Positions 30,701 to 39,035 of a DNA stretch of 64,000 bases are shown here, piece after piece. Position 1 is the stretch's first letter. Every line of letters starts with the position of its first letter. The notes under the pieces were generated by a model. The model did no database searches. It had not been told where the DNA came from and saw only the letters and a list, made by a program, of their open reading frames with translations. This stretch comes from a virus, in the IMG/VR virus record IMGVR_UViG_3300024264_000024, positions 7,647 to 71,646 of that record. One strand, given 5' to 3'. The position numbers and the translations under genes are program-made.

Positions 30701-33700
30701 TCTTAATGCTGTTGCATCTCTTCCTTCTAAGTTAGTTTTAGATTGGATAGTTCTTCCTCTACCTCCTTTATCTCTTTTAAGATCATAAACCAAGTAGTTA
30801 CCTTCTGTATCTGCATGTTGATAGTTTAAAGAACTTAAGCTTCTTGATTCTTGTAGCTCTTTTGGACCATATGCCATTTGTGCTCCACCTATAGAAAGCC
30901 CAATATCTTTTGGAAAAGCTTGTAATAACATAGCTGTTGGCTCAGATATATTCATACCATCTAATGTTTCAACTAACATTGCATTTAATGCAAAATTATT
31001 ACGTGCTAATTCTAGTGTCTCTTCTTTTGTTAGATTATTAGATATTGCTTTAGGTACATATAATGTATTTAAAGCTTGTTCTTTTGTTATATTACGTGGG
31101 TCAATTGGGTTTTTCTGGTTATCATAAAACACATATGACTCATTAGGTAAGTATGCAAAAATACCATTTACATCTTCTGATACTTGAAACCCTGCTTCTC
31201 TTAAGCTTTGATTAACTTTATTTCTAACTTTTTCATCTGCTATTCTAATTCCAATATCATACTTAGATTTTATTCTACGTATATATGGATTAGATTCTTT
31301 ATATACTTTACCATCAGAACTTTCTATAGCATAGTATCTACCTAACTTCCCTGCTTCTGGGTTTGGAATTACGTATAATTCAAGTTGAGCAAGTTCAACA
31401 GGGGATAACTGTGATATAATATGATTATATCTTTGTTGAGCTAATGCTCTGCTTTCTTGATTGTTCTTATAAGGATATGGAGATATAACATCATTGATCT
31501 CTAATCTACTTGTAGTTGCAGGAAGCAGATCCATTTTAATTTCTTGTAATGAATACCTTCCTTTAAATTGTCCAGGTTGTAATTTAATTACAGACTTTTC
31601 TCTTTCTTGTAAGTTATTAGTATTCTTACTTGCTTCTATAATTCTTAAGTATCCACCTTGAACTTGTTTAGGTGTACTCAGCACTATATACTTGTTACCC
31701 AGTTTATCAAATAATATTTCACCTTGTTGTAACTCAACTTCATCAAATAAAAATGTAGCTGTATCTGGTGCAGTTGCTTCAATCTTTTTAAGTGCTGCTA
31801 CTGCTTCTGCAGGCGTACTAAAAGCACCAAACTTAGAGTCTATAAGTTCTAGTAGTTTGTTTGATATTGGATTACCATTGTTGTCAACCAATTTATATAT
31901 TTCTACTAGCTCTCCAGTTTCTTGGTCTTTAGTTTTTATTCTAATTATACTAGCTTTTGCACCTCTTTTATATATCTTTCTATTCTTATTTCCTTTAAGA
32001 GTATCACCTTCTTGACCTAAATCAGTTTCTGACTCAACAATATCAGTTATAACTAAACCTGCTTGATCTAATATTCTTTTTACAATAGGGCTTTCTTTAA
32101 CTTCTCTTGTTTTAAACCAATCTTTGAATCCTTCTTCTTTAGTAACATTCTCTCTAGTTACAACTGTCTTATAAGGATTACCTTCACTATCTGCCTGTAG
32201 TACAACTCCTGATGCCCATACTCTCTTTAAAGCATTAAACGTGTTCTGAAAATTTAAACCATCTATACTGTTTCTCCACTCTTCAAATAGTAATACATTC
32301 TCTCCACTTATTGCTGCTGTTGCTTTATACTTTCTATATTGTCTTTCTAACAATTCATTTAGCATAGGTGTGTCATTAGTTTTTTCTAATTCTACATCTA
32401 CACCTAAATCTTTTAGGATGTCATTTTGGTCTGTTCTGGTTTCTTCTGCCTTTTCTGTTTCTTTTTTTTCTGTGGCTTCTGTTTTTTCTTCAGTTGCCCT
32501 AGTGCTGGTATAGTGTTCAATAATCCTTTCAATTTGACCATATAATATTGTATCTATTTTAGGTTCTACTTTACCATTCTCATTATAAAAAGTCTTTAGA
32601 TTTGATATATCACCTGTTTGCAAAAACGCTTTTGTTTCTGATGGATCAGGATAGACACCTAATGCAGCCAACTGATTCATTACTTCATTTGTCTCAGTAA
32701 TTTCTAAATACTTTTCAATAGATGCTTGCACTTGACTTTTAATATTCTTATACAAGTTTTGACCATACTCAACAGTTCTTTGTGTTATCTCATTAAGTCT
32801 TGCTGGATTAGATAAATACTCTACAGCTTTATCATATACCTGAGCTCTTCCTTTTAATGCGTGATAATCAACTAACTGTTTTAAAGCATTGTCTACTTTA
32901 TCTCTCTCTAAAAAAGATCCTTCTGTAGATGCTAAGTATCTTACATAGTTTTTAAACGCTGGTCTTAGCTTTGTAATTTTTCTTCTATCAAATGCACCAT
33001 TCTTAGTTTGATTCTTTGGATCAGAAATAACTTTTAATATACTTTGTAAGTTATCAATCTTTTGTTGTTTTCTTTTATTTGTTTCTCCTACACCTTGATT
33101 AGGTACTTTTGCAGAATTCTCATCTATCTCAATAGTACTCATTATCTCTTGTGTAAGCAATGCTATCTCTCTATTTATATTATCAATAGAAGTTAAAATA
33201 GAAATGTCTTTAGCTGCCATTTTTTCAAATAAAGGCTCCATCTCTAAACTACTAAAAATAGATTCTGATCTCTCTAAGGCTCTCTCAAAATTATCTTGAG
33301 TATACATAAGCAAATACTTTGCATGCTGGTACCCTTGATAATTTAATGCTTCTAAAGCAAACTCTCTTGTGCCTACTTCATATGCTGATGGGTCATAAGG
33401 GTTTTCAAACTTATCATTAAGATTATTGTAGTTTGATTCTGTTTTTTCTGCATAGTTGATAAAGTCTTGTATACGCCCTCTAATCTTTCCATTTGCAATA
33501 TCCTTAGCTTCCCCAGGGAATGCTTGTAATAACTCTTCATCAGTTAGCTTTAAATAATCTTCAAGTTGTTCAGTAAATTGTTGTATACCCCCTTGAGATA
33601 ATAATGTATGTATCTGACTAAACTTAGCAAGATCTTTTTGATCAATGAAACCAAACATATCTTGATCATATGAACTGGTTTTCATTCCTTCTGAAACTTG

Positions 33701-35725
33701 CTTCTGAATTAAATAATTAAATTTTGTCTTATCAAATATAGCACCTGGGTTATCTACTTGACTGTTCCATGCTTTATTCCAACCATTTACTGCTTCTTGA
33801 ACTAAATCTTTTCTGTTCTTTTTATATTCAGCATATTCAGCTTTCATTTTTTCTGTACCAAACTTACCCTTACCAGCTTCATATATAGCAGGAACCCCTT
33901 GGAAAAATAACTTTTGTGGTCCTTGGATAGCACCACCCATTAAGAACCCAGACATAAATACACTAAAACCTTCTCCAGATAATTGATGTCCCATACCTGA
34001 TGAAATCATTTGATTTCTAAGCGTAATACCACCAGCCATTGGGTCATTTAATACAGCAGTAAAGTATCCTTTAGTTGCTGCTGATACAGCTTCTTGAGAA
34101 ACTTCTTGTATACCTTCTGCCACATTATTAGAAAAGTATCTTAAGGATGCACCAGCTGCATTAGATAAACTACCTTTAACACCTGCCGCTCTTAATCCTC
34201 TTAAGTATCCTTTTAAACCTGTTCCTGAAGCTTCAAAAACATTTTTGTTAAGTGCTCCCGTTGCTGATCTTGTGGCTTTTGTTTTTATTATCTTTCCTCC
34301 TAATCCTTTTCTAAAGGTATCATTCATCATTCTACCTAAAGACTTATTAAAACCACCTAATGCATTTCCTAATACAAACCAGTTACTTGCATATATAATA
34401 GGTGCGTTAGCCATTTGAGTATAAAATCCTGCCTTGCTTGATTTCTCTCTTATAACTTTCATCTCTTCAGGAGAAACCTGAGCATTATTTCTTACATTAA
34501 ACTTTATCTCTTTGCCATCAACAATTTTTGTTTCTAGATTATTTTTGTTATAAGTATCAATACCAGTTCTCATAACATCATTATAAACCATACCAGCTTC
34601 CATCTTGGATTCAGCCATTGCATAATTTACCATTCTTACATCTCTATAAAAACCACCAAAAGTGCTAGACATCTTTGCTAAGTTTACACCATTTTGAGTT
34701 GCATTTTGTGCAGTCTTAAAATTCTTAAGAGCATACATTGTATTAGGAACAAACATTTGTCCTAAAACTTTACCTCCTGTTTTAGCTGCATCATAGAAAC
34801 TCTTAGCATGTTCAGCATTTCTTAAAGTTCTATATATGTCTCTAGTTGTACCTGCAAATCTACTAACATTAAAAAAGTTTTTAAATGCATTACCTGCTCT
34901 ACCAACATTTATAGCGGTTCTAACTCCAGCAGCAGGTGCTGCTCCTCCTCCAGTTAGTACTGTTGCTCCTGCCATAGCTAATTCTTCTACAGCAATAGAG
35001 CTTAATATACCAACAGTATAAGCACTGTTTAATAGAAAGTTGTTTGTCCATGCCATACCACCACTTCTGCTTGAATTACCAATGCCCATTGCATCTTCAA
35101 ACTCACTTGCAGATTCTAAATCAGGTGCTGACCAGTATGAATCTCCATCAAAAGCATCACCAATAGATCTGTATACACTACTAAATCCTGAGCCAGCTAA
35201 ACTTGTATACTGACTCCACATTCTAGTCATATCATCGTATACTGTACTGTTAACATTATAATAAGATTCCATATTTGCATATGGACTAAAACCTAAATCA
35301 CTAAAATCTGGATGTTTGTAATATCTCATAAATTGACTCTGTCTCATACCAGCAAAGCCAGGTGCTACTCTTTCATCTCCTGTTGTATCATTTAATGTAA
35401 ATGCACTTTTTAATTTTGAATAAGTATTATCAGGAGGATTTTGTTGATCAACAGGATTGTATGTATCTGTTGCAAAACTTGGAACAGCTATGCCCAAACT
35501 TGCCATAGCATCAATACCATACTTTTGTATATCAGTTTTGTATAAATCTACTCTAGCCACAGAATCAGGATCAGTTGCAAGAGCATCTGCCAGAAGCGTG
35601 TCTGGTGTATCAAACATTTCTGTTATAGGTATAAAGTTAGGTTGACCTGCAGGTGTTATACTCATTGCAGGTCTTTGGTTGTTATCTATAGTTTCCTTTA
35701 AGGCGTTCTTAGATTGGTTCTCCAT
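21746..35725 (-). CDS. Giant virion-packaged DNA-dependent RNA polymerase fused to a zincin metallopeptidase
   Basis: RIPSQ...GADFDIDK catalytic motif (24611-24625), as in crAss-like vRNAPs such as phi14:2 gp66. HEAFH...EEYLAD zincin motif (29114-29128). 4659 aa. Confidence 0.92.
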   Translation of the reverse strand: MENQSKNALKETIDNNQRPAMSITPAGQPNFIPITEMFDTPDTLLADALATDPDSVARVDLYKTDIQKYGIDAMASLGIAVPSFATDTYNPVDQQNPPDNTYSKLKSAFTLNDTTGDERVAPGFAGMRQSQFMRYYKHPDFSDLGFSPYANMESYYNVNSTVYDDMTRMWSQYTSLAGSGFSSVYRSIGDAFDGDSYWSAPDLESASEFEDAMGIGNSSRSGGMAWTNNFLLNSAYTVGILSSIAVEELAMAGATVLTGGGAAPAAGVRTAINVGRAGNAFKNFFNVSRFAGTTRDIYRTLRNAEHAKSFYDAAKTGGKVLGQMFVPNTMYALKNFKTAQNATQNGVNLAKMSSTFGGFYRDVRMVNYAMAESKMEAGMVYNDVMRTGIDTYNKNNLETKIVDGKEIKFNVRNNAQVSPEEMKVIREKSSKAGFYTQMANAPIIYASNWFVLGNALGGFNKSLGRMMNDTFRKGLGGKIIKTKATRSATGALNKNVFEASGTGLKGYLRGLRAAGVKGSLSNAAGASLRYFSNNVAEGIQEVSQEAVSAATKGYFTAVLNDPMAGGITLRNQMISSGMGHQLSGEGFSVFMSGFLMGGAIQGPQKLFFQGVPAIYEAGKGKFGTEKMKAEYAEYKKNRKDLVQEAVNGWNKAWNSQVDNPGAIFDKTKFNYLIQKQVSEGMKTSSYDQDMFGFIDQKDLAKFSQIHTLLSQGGIQQFTEQLEDYLKLTDEELLQAFPGEAKDIANGKIRGRIQDFINYAEKTESNYNNLNDKFENPYDPSAYEVGTREFALEALNYQGYQHAKYLLMYTQDNFERALERSESIFSSLEMEPLFEKMAAKDISILTSIDNINREIALLTQEIMSTIEIDENSAKVPNQGVGETNKRKQQKIDNLQSILKVISDPKNQTKNGAFDRRKITKLRPAFKNYVRYLASTEGSFLERDKVDNALKQLVDYHALKGRAQVYDKAVEYLSNPARLNEITQRTVEYGQNLYKNIKSQVQASIEKYLEITETNEVMNQLAALGVYPDPSETKAFLQTGDISNLKTFYNENGKVEPKIDTILYGQIERIIEHYTSTRATEEKTEATEKKETEKAEETRTDQNDILKDLGVDVELEKTNDTPMLNELLERQYRKYKATAAISGENVLLFEEWRNSIDGLNFQNTFNALKRVWASGVVLQADSEGNPYKTVVTRENVTKEEGFKDWFKTREVKESPIVKRILDQAGLVITDIVESETDLGQEGDTLKGNKNRKIYKRGAKASIIRIKTKDQETGELVEIYKLVDNNGNPISNKLLELIDSKFGAFSTPAEAVAALKKIEATAPDTATFLFDEVELQQGEILFDKLGNKYIVLSTPKQVQGGYLRIIEASKNTNNLQEREKSVIKLQPGQFKGRYSLQEIKMDLLPATTSRLEINDVISPYPYKNNQESRALAQQRYNHIISQLSPVELAQLELYVIPNPEAGKLGRYYAIESSDGKVYKESNPYIRRIKSKYDIGIRIADEKVRNKVNQSLREAGFQVSEDVNGIFAYLPNESYVFYDNQKNPIDPRNITKEQALNTLYVPKAISNNLTKEETLELARNNFALNAMLVETLDGMNISEPTAMLLQAFPKDIGLSIGGAQMAYGPKELQESRSLSSLNYQHADTEGNYLVYDLKRDKGGRGRTIQSKTNLEGRDATALRNKVKTALEQSGQWDAMIAGTDRYLAAVLLPNGQYGLVNLKTTRFSQEEVENLYTELIERAQLTQKENLDEKGEAKNEAYNIEYNDDLSNGLFISTKPGFSVALQVTPWGKIQMDVFDKNSKKQVGETITINQKIINDKKMSSVKKIQTLINNFNEDTEINLAGVNVTVNNLRRSFADTASVEEVINNSETNVLPSVIENQSLRVIGTSADIQASRDAAATVNDNKTNDVKPNAQYTIAEEAAESILDLSDAEFDAQLEEEFATFKKEFLGHIVNKIVRGEELSAREQQAYKFLESKINMLVAKEGGAGSVTINNDIEYTGERSPGVKELISIYTGGGLFFNIDASGFEVAESLKANGVSLEQAKSAIPGLGGKIQAWFQRGVDYLEPTQQTSNTPLAVAQAELQALKAKLSEGVDGRSVRKVLKNNEEYQKLKEKVRKLGNISNKILPFTELNEQEIENIDTFSAWALGALPSYITIEDIDQLRNNQKAGGMRVGAFVMSLKNIAGGLTVDGTIYTGATSPFKYHEAFHSVFRMLLSDTEIQRYRSIARKEVRAKLRSEGKNFKTELEIFRNSADTYSNMTEKELMNEYYEEYLADEFEKFKMSPSKTKSSPEIKSLFTRILDFIKTLFSTPAKNELSVLFESIDAGKYQNAPLASNEFTQSLQEGVTLEANALVPYSPIQTEDNSGNVRTGYLYLDNDIADPLIRSIAAMYLDRTSKITEATYSPAVEMDEILNDFAWLYSPSNPNNLEKSDTQIEKLEEIEEAFDIYDVEIKTEVIKLLNVLGDQINETDYTLDELEDSTGLRSTSQYDIDASLIGGHTSLSSKLKTYIATTTLSETDYFGNTELKDGVPLIVAVDFVEAYNGLLKAVKNISDPKKILQSMYFFGQENAQVGAVVNRLLQDVGITTDELVSSKSLGNLTNPSLLQSVVKAFENFRVDYIFNERDELGNIRIYSAAQRDDINSQLDRWNQAWISKWKIIKSDKNTKDQTLTMLEEFETYLSGKKQPAKKDKKASSKTTLTNQALSDISLDFSRKLFDLVGIRLSPLYLQYSILQNRPKNTVKQKALVNLYSDETPLLATDIKMMSDIIQNNADIFATDDSGMDSRLREMSIHSAPFDETIGASVFKNPNGDLVYAHQKPTLHLKSIADLNNPGKIDELKLSDEYLLNNFLLNSAAFELLSAENRLKVLRIAGSKVGQVLSSEQDLNDSITGITSTQTYGDFTSQEFALAVINNYTALLNTKSNKVDSVEGVDVKGNKFKRALAPVLIRVMEASNTGDLISLPVLKAVDFNNGTSTLSDKLINVFVDRIRTEFARINREAFTMDSLTQENEILGYNTKNGRAYQFTNNSTVISSDVQEKLRQIAIREGKAKKEITLDAAIKEISTLKALKNNVKLNLNNSFDQFMNTLTELNMLNDISNNVSEGPVNAAGVQRKELVDSARLLNLNYDTTHNLKQIFFNDWANTGAINEIILGDQAVSLKDSVDRIKRAKMQNAAYDSAYSAVSAPSHGVTHNVEKISLVTLQEPVGESSITGQNIDQADAQMYLTTKAFRYLWFGFGRLSPSQAAMIDNIEAGQSITSDDIFGSVEASEGYIKKGAMLNSKKLVYGDGSTFLKMSAFVLTPEFTSRQLEDGTWIAKPHRVKLHNLRVKLEAIESEPNAETLGIAAPLSAIKMKKQGVNTLEELDNPKPFTNPATQLDARYMGLQVINPSNKLEMLDPTQIKQIITSEQKDNVKVEALGLTVGEIKKAYNKAISQRVVLNYKNKRNLVFTLETALDELKLSSKPGGGVTPNLAAFLTYAQEGLKASKSSQQILDFFSMTDGVQNYDLNNPLVVQKAEQLFLSYFSKGVLSEKSPGTSLTLLSDFGNKVYRRVYEVETIEKNGDFITIPVRSEIIREKTFAEEYSTNDLTDLNTITSDTKGLSEGLIVLDDLRHGLMEYTDPKDKNTSTGLRYTEMMMPSHYKNVMDLIENVPSAKLPEAISKMFGVRIPSQDNHSAVNMKMVDFLPAYYGSTAMFAKELVEVSGADFDIDKVFSLMKEFYVQDGEFIEYGKGNLYEEYIRYANQKTNTPGTTYSEALSLFAGNELKGATEVTDAQIKSALKAGLEKRTIRALQTLGLPVTSSQFDTYNEKHGVPFAAPLNNQVLDYRYALIGNKGVSESKDGVPISYQAANTNVLWDAKTRTGVLAELAEVSDVFKERIEEGNIDVDNMTGKIKAFTANKGASIGAVVLPNLYLSLLTEYNVKLTKKAAIYLNGQAYNDYGKTEYKQGGRKQDVLSALITMATDNAKDRLVAKLGLNRHAVGLLANLTALTVPLKTALLLVNNPTIQDIYSQALNKSSKLDPGVSKLTDLTIAQLERVKGKRKFVRVDDALLIDALNNPEDVSTDEMWSILNVFSKGTQLKEFTSKMGAPTSLTKGLGASIAEVNQKYKDTASLFNAAPGLELPMDVKPIYYGNTWQNTYLKIFTQITNDLLPATFISTIPQFNEILDPAISQMNTNTIEFTEDVMAKVRLDLLSYLSIKAYQKKGLDSDAQSVATLSNDIIYPTEYNSIVDVIDRLRTTDVGKNNFFLDNYVITTKASESNAGFNQANSNTFRQLNAGQKIQLQNDFAKLYGSLETRNDAKTIINYEMVKGGLQLGYGSLLSVISPVVLTSYLDTLPSVEKALKGEISFVDTFGITVDEMKAEFSDGYLLSNANNSKLFTIETDEITPLPSTVRYDRTEKKLVIKNTEGSAEAPLVKYLRVGFGNVTGQKVYKTFRYNTQLSSIKQNVFNEVDTMGSNQQNGIGFMFGDRPTYTEVREYVRSNGGVAGTALDVKKIESEISEMSIDENKFVQQEALKNESSIITATEEGVNISYDVEGRGVNISDIKQLKAQKKDDKQSINEQELEGNIIEDVDQAMPEMTAEQEQLTLDLQFELADSYDIITEEFDAITKDKAARLTLINQNLFPLSNMIEAYESRFSKDAAKTSEESQKDFIDNIKRCILK

Positions 35726-35736
35726 CTTTTAATCTT

Positions 35737-38700
35737 TTATTTTTTACCGTTAACAGATACATCTTTTTCTTTGGCTAATCTATTTTGTTCTCTTAAATTA
35801 AACAAAACTTGTTGCCAAGACACAACTTGTTTATCTAGACCTTCAAGCCCTTGACTCATATCTATTTGTGTAGTATTTTCTTCAACAAGATATTGTCCTC
35901 CTTCTTGATAGGTGTGTGTTTTAGAGTATACATAGTATCCACCTTTTTCTTGAACAATTCTATATGTACCTGTAGGATTAAGCCCATCTGCAACAGTATA
36001 ATCTGCAAAACCTTTTTTTGCAATATCAGCTTGTACAAAAGAATAATATGTTTTTTTATCTGCTTTTGTATTTTGATCAACCTCTTGTTCATAGAGAAAG
36101 AATACACCTGAATCTGTAGTTGGATCATCTTCATCATTTGTAATACCTTGTAAAAATTTTATCTCTTCACCTGTTAAAGCTCCTATCTCACTTGAGTTTG
36201 CAGTATTAGTTCCTATTCTTTTGCTTGCTAACCAATCTGAACTGAATACAATTCTATATCCAGCAAAATTTTTCTCACCATCTTCTGATAAACCAACAAC
36301 TGGCATGTATACAATTTTAGCAGCTGGTGCTTTTTGACCTGTAGAAACAGCAGGTCTTTTATTACTTAACCATAATGCTGCATCATCCTTCCATATATTA
36401 AATGCTTTAACTGCTATCTCACTCTTCATATTAGTTAACTCATCACTTGATCCAAATTGATCAATTGACCCAGCAAACATTCCATATGGTCTTCCTTCTG
36501 CATCTAATGTATTCATTTGTGTAATCATCTGGAAAACTTCTTTTTCAGCTAGCTCATTTTTAACCATAGGATTAAAATTTCTTTCATAACTATTGTTACT
36601 AACTACATCAGAATAATTTCCACTATAACCATATATTTCTGAATCAAGATCTCTTACTTCAAAGTTCCCTGTCTTACCTGATAATGCATCATTAAGATTT
36701 GTATATAATGCATTATAGATTAACTCAGCTTCTTCTTTCACAGCAGACATATCTATAACCTTTCTACCTGTTTTTTCTGATCTAACTTTATCTACTATAG
36801 GTCCTTCACCACTTCTACCCTTATATGTTGTATACTTGATCTCATCCATCAGATAACCAGAATCTGAAGTACCGGTATCCCACCCATCTAGATCTGGATT
36901 AGTAATATTACCATTATTAATTCCTTCTACTACTTTATCAAGATATTCATCTTTTGTAAGTATTGTTCTATCAGTATCTAGAATATCAGGGAAGCCAGAT
37001 TTATATATAGATACTAAATTTGCATCAGTACCATCAACTACATTTCCTCTTGTAGCTTCATATGCTTTTGCATAGTTATCATGCACATTAGTAATAAAAG
37101 TATTCAGTGCATTAACTTGTGTGTTGGTTCCATTAAGACCGGCAATCTCATTATATAAATCATCATATTGAGTTCTTTGATCACTACCTAAAGTTAATTC
37201 TGGATTAAGTCTAGTAACATCAGCTGTATTAGTAAAGCCTGTAGATACATAACCATATATAGAATTAATTGCATCTCTGTTTATATACCCAACCATTTGT
37301 TGATCTTCTCCTTTACCTTCAATTTGTGGATCTAATAATAAAGAAGTCATTTCATCTAATGAGTTTGCAGTAAACTTATCTGTACCTCCTGTACTGTTTG
37401 GTATTTCTATTTCATAAATGCCTGTACCCATTTGCTCTGGAGTTGCATCTGTTCCTGTTGGATATAATAATTTTAAAGCTCTTGTTATTTTATCAACTTG
37501 ATTAACAGCTAAAGCATTATCCTTTTCTAGGTACTGTGCTGCTGTTCTTTCAATCATATTAGCATTTTGAGTAACTTCTCCATCTTCATCTACTGGTACA
37601 TCTATTGTATTACTATTACCTCTAGTAACTCTATTACCTTTTAAAAGCTCAATCAACGGATCATTTTCACCATTCTCATTTACCAACTCACCTTTCTTTC
37701 TTGCTAAATCTTCATCAAGTTCAGCCTTATATTTTATTCTAGCAAGATGGTTAATTTGATTAGCTTTCATCTTAGCTAGATCATATTGATATTGCTGATC
37801 ATTTAAAGCAAATTTACTTTCTCTTATTAAATATTCTTGATCTCTTGCAGAGTATGATTGTGCAGCTGCTGTTAAATCACTCATTATATTATGATTCATT
37901 AACATACTATAAGCCTGATTTAATGAACCATCAACAGTATTTGGTTGATTATTACCTTGAGTTTGAATACCTTTTAATTTATCTAAAGCTATTTGTGTTG
38001 CTTCTGCTGCAGATAAATTTTCTAACATTGCATTATCATCATCAGACCCTTCTATAATTCCATTTTTCTTTTTATAGTTTGCCCATCTAACATTTGCATT
38101 TTCTAATTTAGTTAACTCTTGACCAGTTTCTTCAATTCTTTTATTGTTAATCTCAGTAATTCTACCTATTGTTTCACTAGCCCATGCTTGTTGACCTTGT
38201 TCAACATTACTAAATGTACCTTCTTGTATACCTTTATCTGCAAATTGTCTGCTTTGCACAAAAGATCTTTCTGCATATGCTCTTTGAACTCTAGGGTCAT
38301 TCAACAATGCTCCTTCTAAAGTTTGTAAAGCAGCTCCAGTTATGAGTCTACCATTCTTTTCAGTAATAATAAAATTACCATTAGGCCCTGGTCTATCCAT
38401 CTTCATACTAAGATTAGGATCCATGTCCTCTAAGATTTGTGTAGCTAATTTAAATAGCTTTACATCATCTACATACTTTGGTACTGTCATGCCTAATGCT
38501 TGTTCTGATGAAGCATTAACAAAATCTTGCATTCTATAATTTAAACCTTGTTCTCCTATATCCCAATATCTTTCATGCATATCTTCACTAGGACTATTTC
38601 TTAATCTTTCAGCATGTTTCATTTGATCTTTATAGTTTGAAGTATAAACTATATCTTTAACTGTAAGATCATCATCAAAGAATGGGGCAAACACAGATTT

Positions 38701-38976
38701 AGCAGCATTAACATTTTGAGCTAAAGATAAATCCATTCCAGATATTTTCTCTAAATGAGGCCCTATTTGTTCTGCATATTGATCTCTTCTTTCTTTTGTA
38801 TCTTCTCTAGAAAGATCAGCATATACTACTTTATTATAGAGTTCATTAGTTGCTTTAAAATTTGTGTCATATTTATCTTGTCTTGTTTCCAAAACGGCAG
38901 ACAGAAATTTATAATCCGGTGTAAACGGTTTAATATCTGGTGTATATTGCTGTGCTCCTTTAACGTATGTTGCCAT
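35737..38976 (-). CDS. Large putative virion cargo protein
   Basis: 1079 aa immediately upstream of the vRNAP; helical N-terminal half. Confidence 0.65.
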   Translation of the reverse strand: MATYVKGAQQYTPDIKPFTPDYKFLSAVLETRQDKYDTNFKATNELYNKVVYADLSREDTKERRDQYAEQIGPHLEKISGMDLSLAQNVNAAKSVFAPFFDDDLTVKDIVYTSNYKDQMKHAERLRNSPSEDMHERYWDIGEQGLNYRMQDFVNASSEQALGMTVPKYVDDVKLFKLATQILEDMDPNLSMKMDRPGPNGNFIITEKNGRLITGAALQTLEGALLNDPRVQRAYAERSFVQSRQFADKGIQEGTFSNVEQGQQAWASETIGRITEINNKRIEETGQELTKLENANVRWANYKKKNGIIEGSDDDNAMLENLSAAEATQIALDKLKGIQTQGNNQPNTVDGSLNQAYSMLMNHNIMSDLTAAAQSYSARDQEYLIRESKFALNDQQYQYDLAKMKANQINHLARIKYKAELDEDLARKKGELVNENGENDPLIELLKGNRVTRGNSNTIDVPVDEDGEVTQNANMIERTAAQYLEKDNALAVNQVDKITRALKLLYPTGTDATPEQMGTGIYEIEIPNSTGGTDKFTANSLDEMTSLLLDPQIEGKGEDQQMVGYINRDAINSIYGYVSTGFTNTADVTRLNPELTLGSDQRTQYDDLYNEIAGLNGTNTQVNALNTFITNVHDNYAKAYEATRGNVVDGTDANLVSIYKSGFPDILDTDRTILTKDEYLDKVVEGINNGNITNPDLDGWDTGTSDSGYLMDEIKYTTYKGRSGEGPIVDKVRSEKTGRKVIDMSAVKEEAELIYNALYTNLNDALSGKTGNFEVRDLDSEIYGYSGNYSDVVSNNSYERNFNPMVKNELAEKEVFQMITQMNTLDAEGRPYGMFAGSIDQFGSSDELTNMKSEIAVKAFNIWKDDAALWLSNKRPAVSTGQKAPAAKIVYMPVVGLSEDGEKNFAGYRIVFSSDWLASKRIGTNTANSSEIGALTGEEIKFLQGITNDEDDPTTDSGVFFLYEQEVDQNTKADKKTYYSFVQADIAKKGFADYTVADGLNPTGTYRIVQEKGGYYVYSKTHTYQEGGQYLVEENTTQIDMSQGLEGLDKQVVSWQQVLFNLREQNRLAKEKDVSVNGKK

Positions 38977-38980
38977 AATG

Positions 38981-39011
38981 TAAAATTAATATAATTTAAT
39001 AAGTGTACAAA
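38981..39011 (-). promoter_or_regulatory. Bacteroidota-type promoter, possibly giving a near-leaderless transcript
   Basis: TTTG (39011-39008), 19 nt spacer, TAATTTTA (38988-38981), then ATG at 38976. Confidence 0.5.
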
Positions 39012-39035
39012 GTGTATTACATAAACTCTTTAAGT

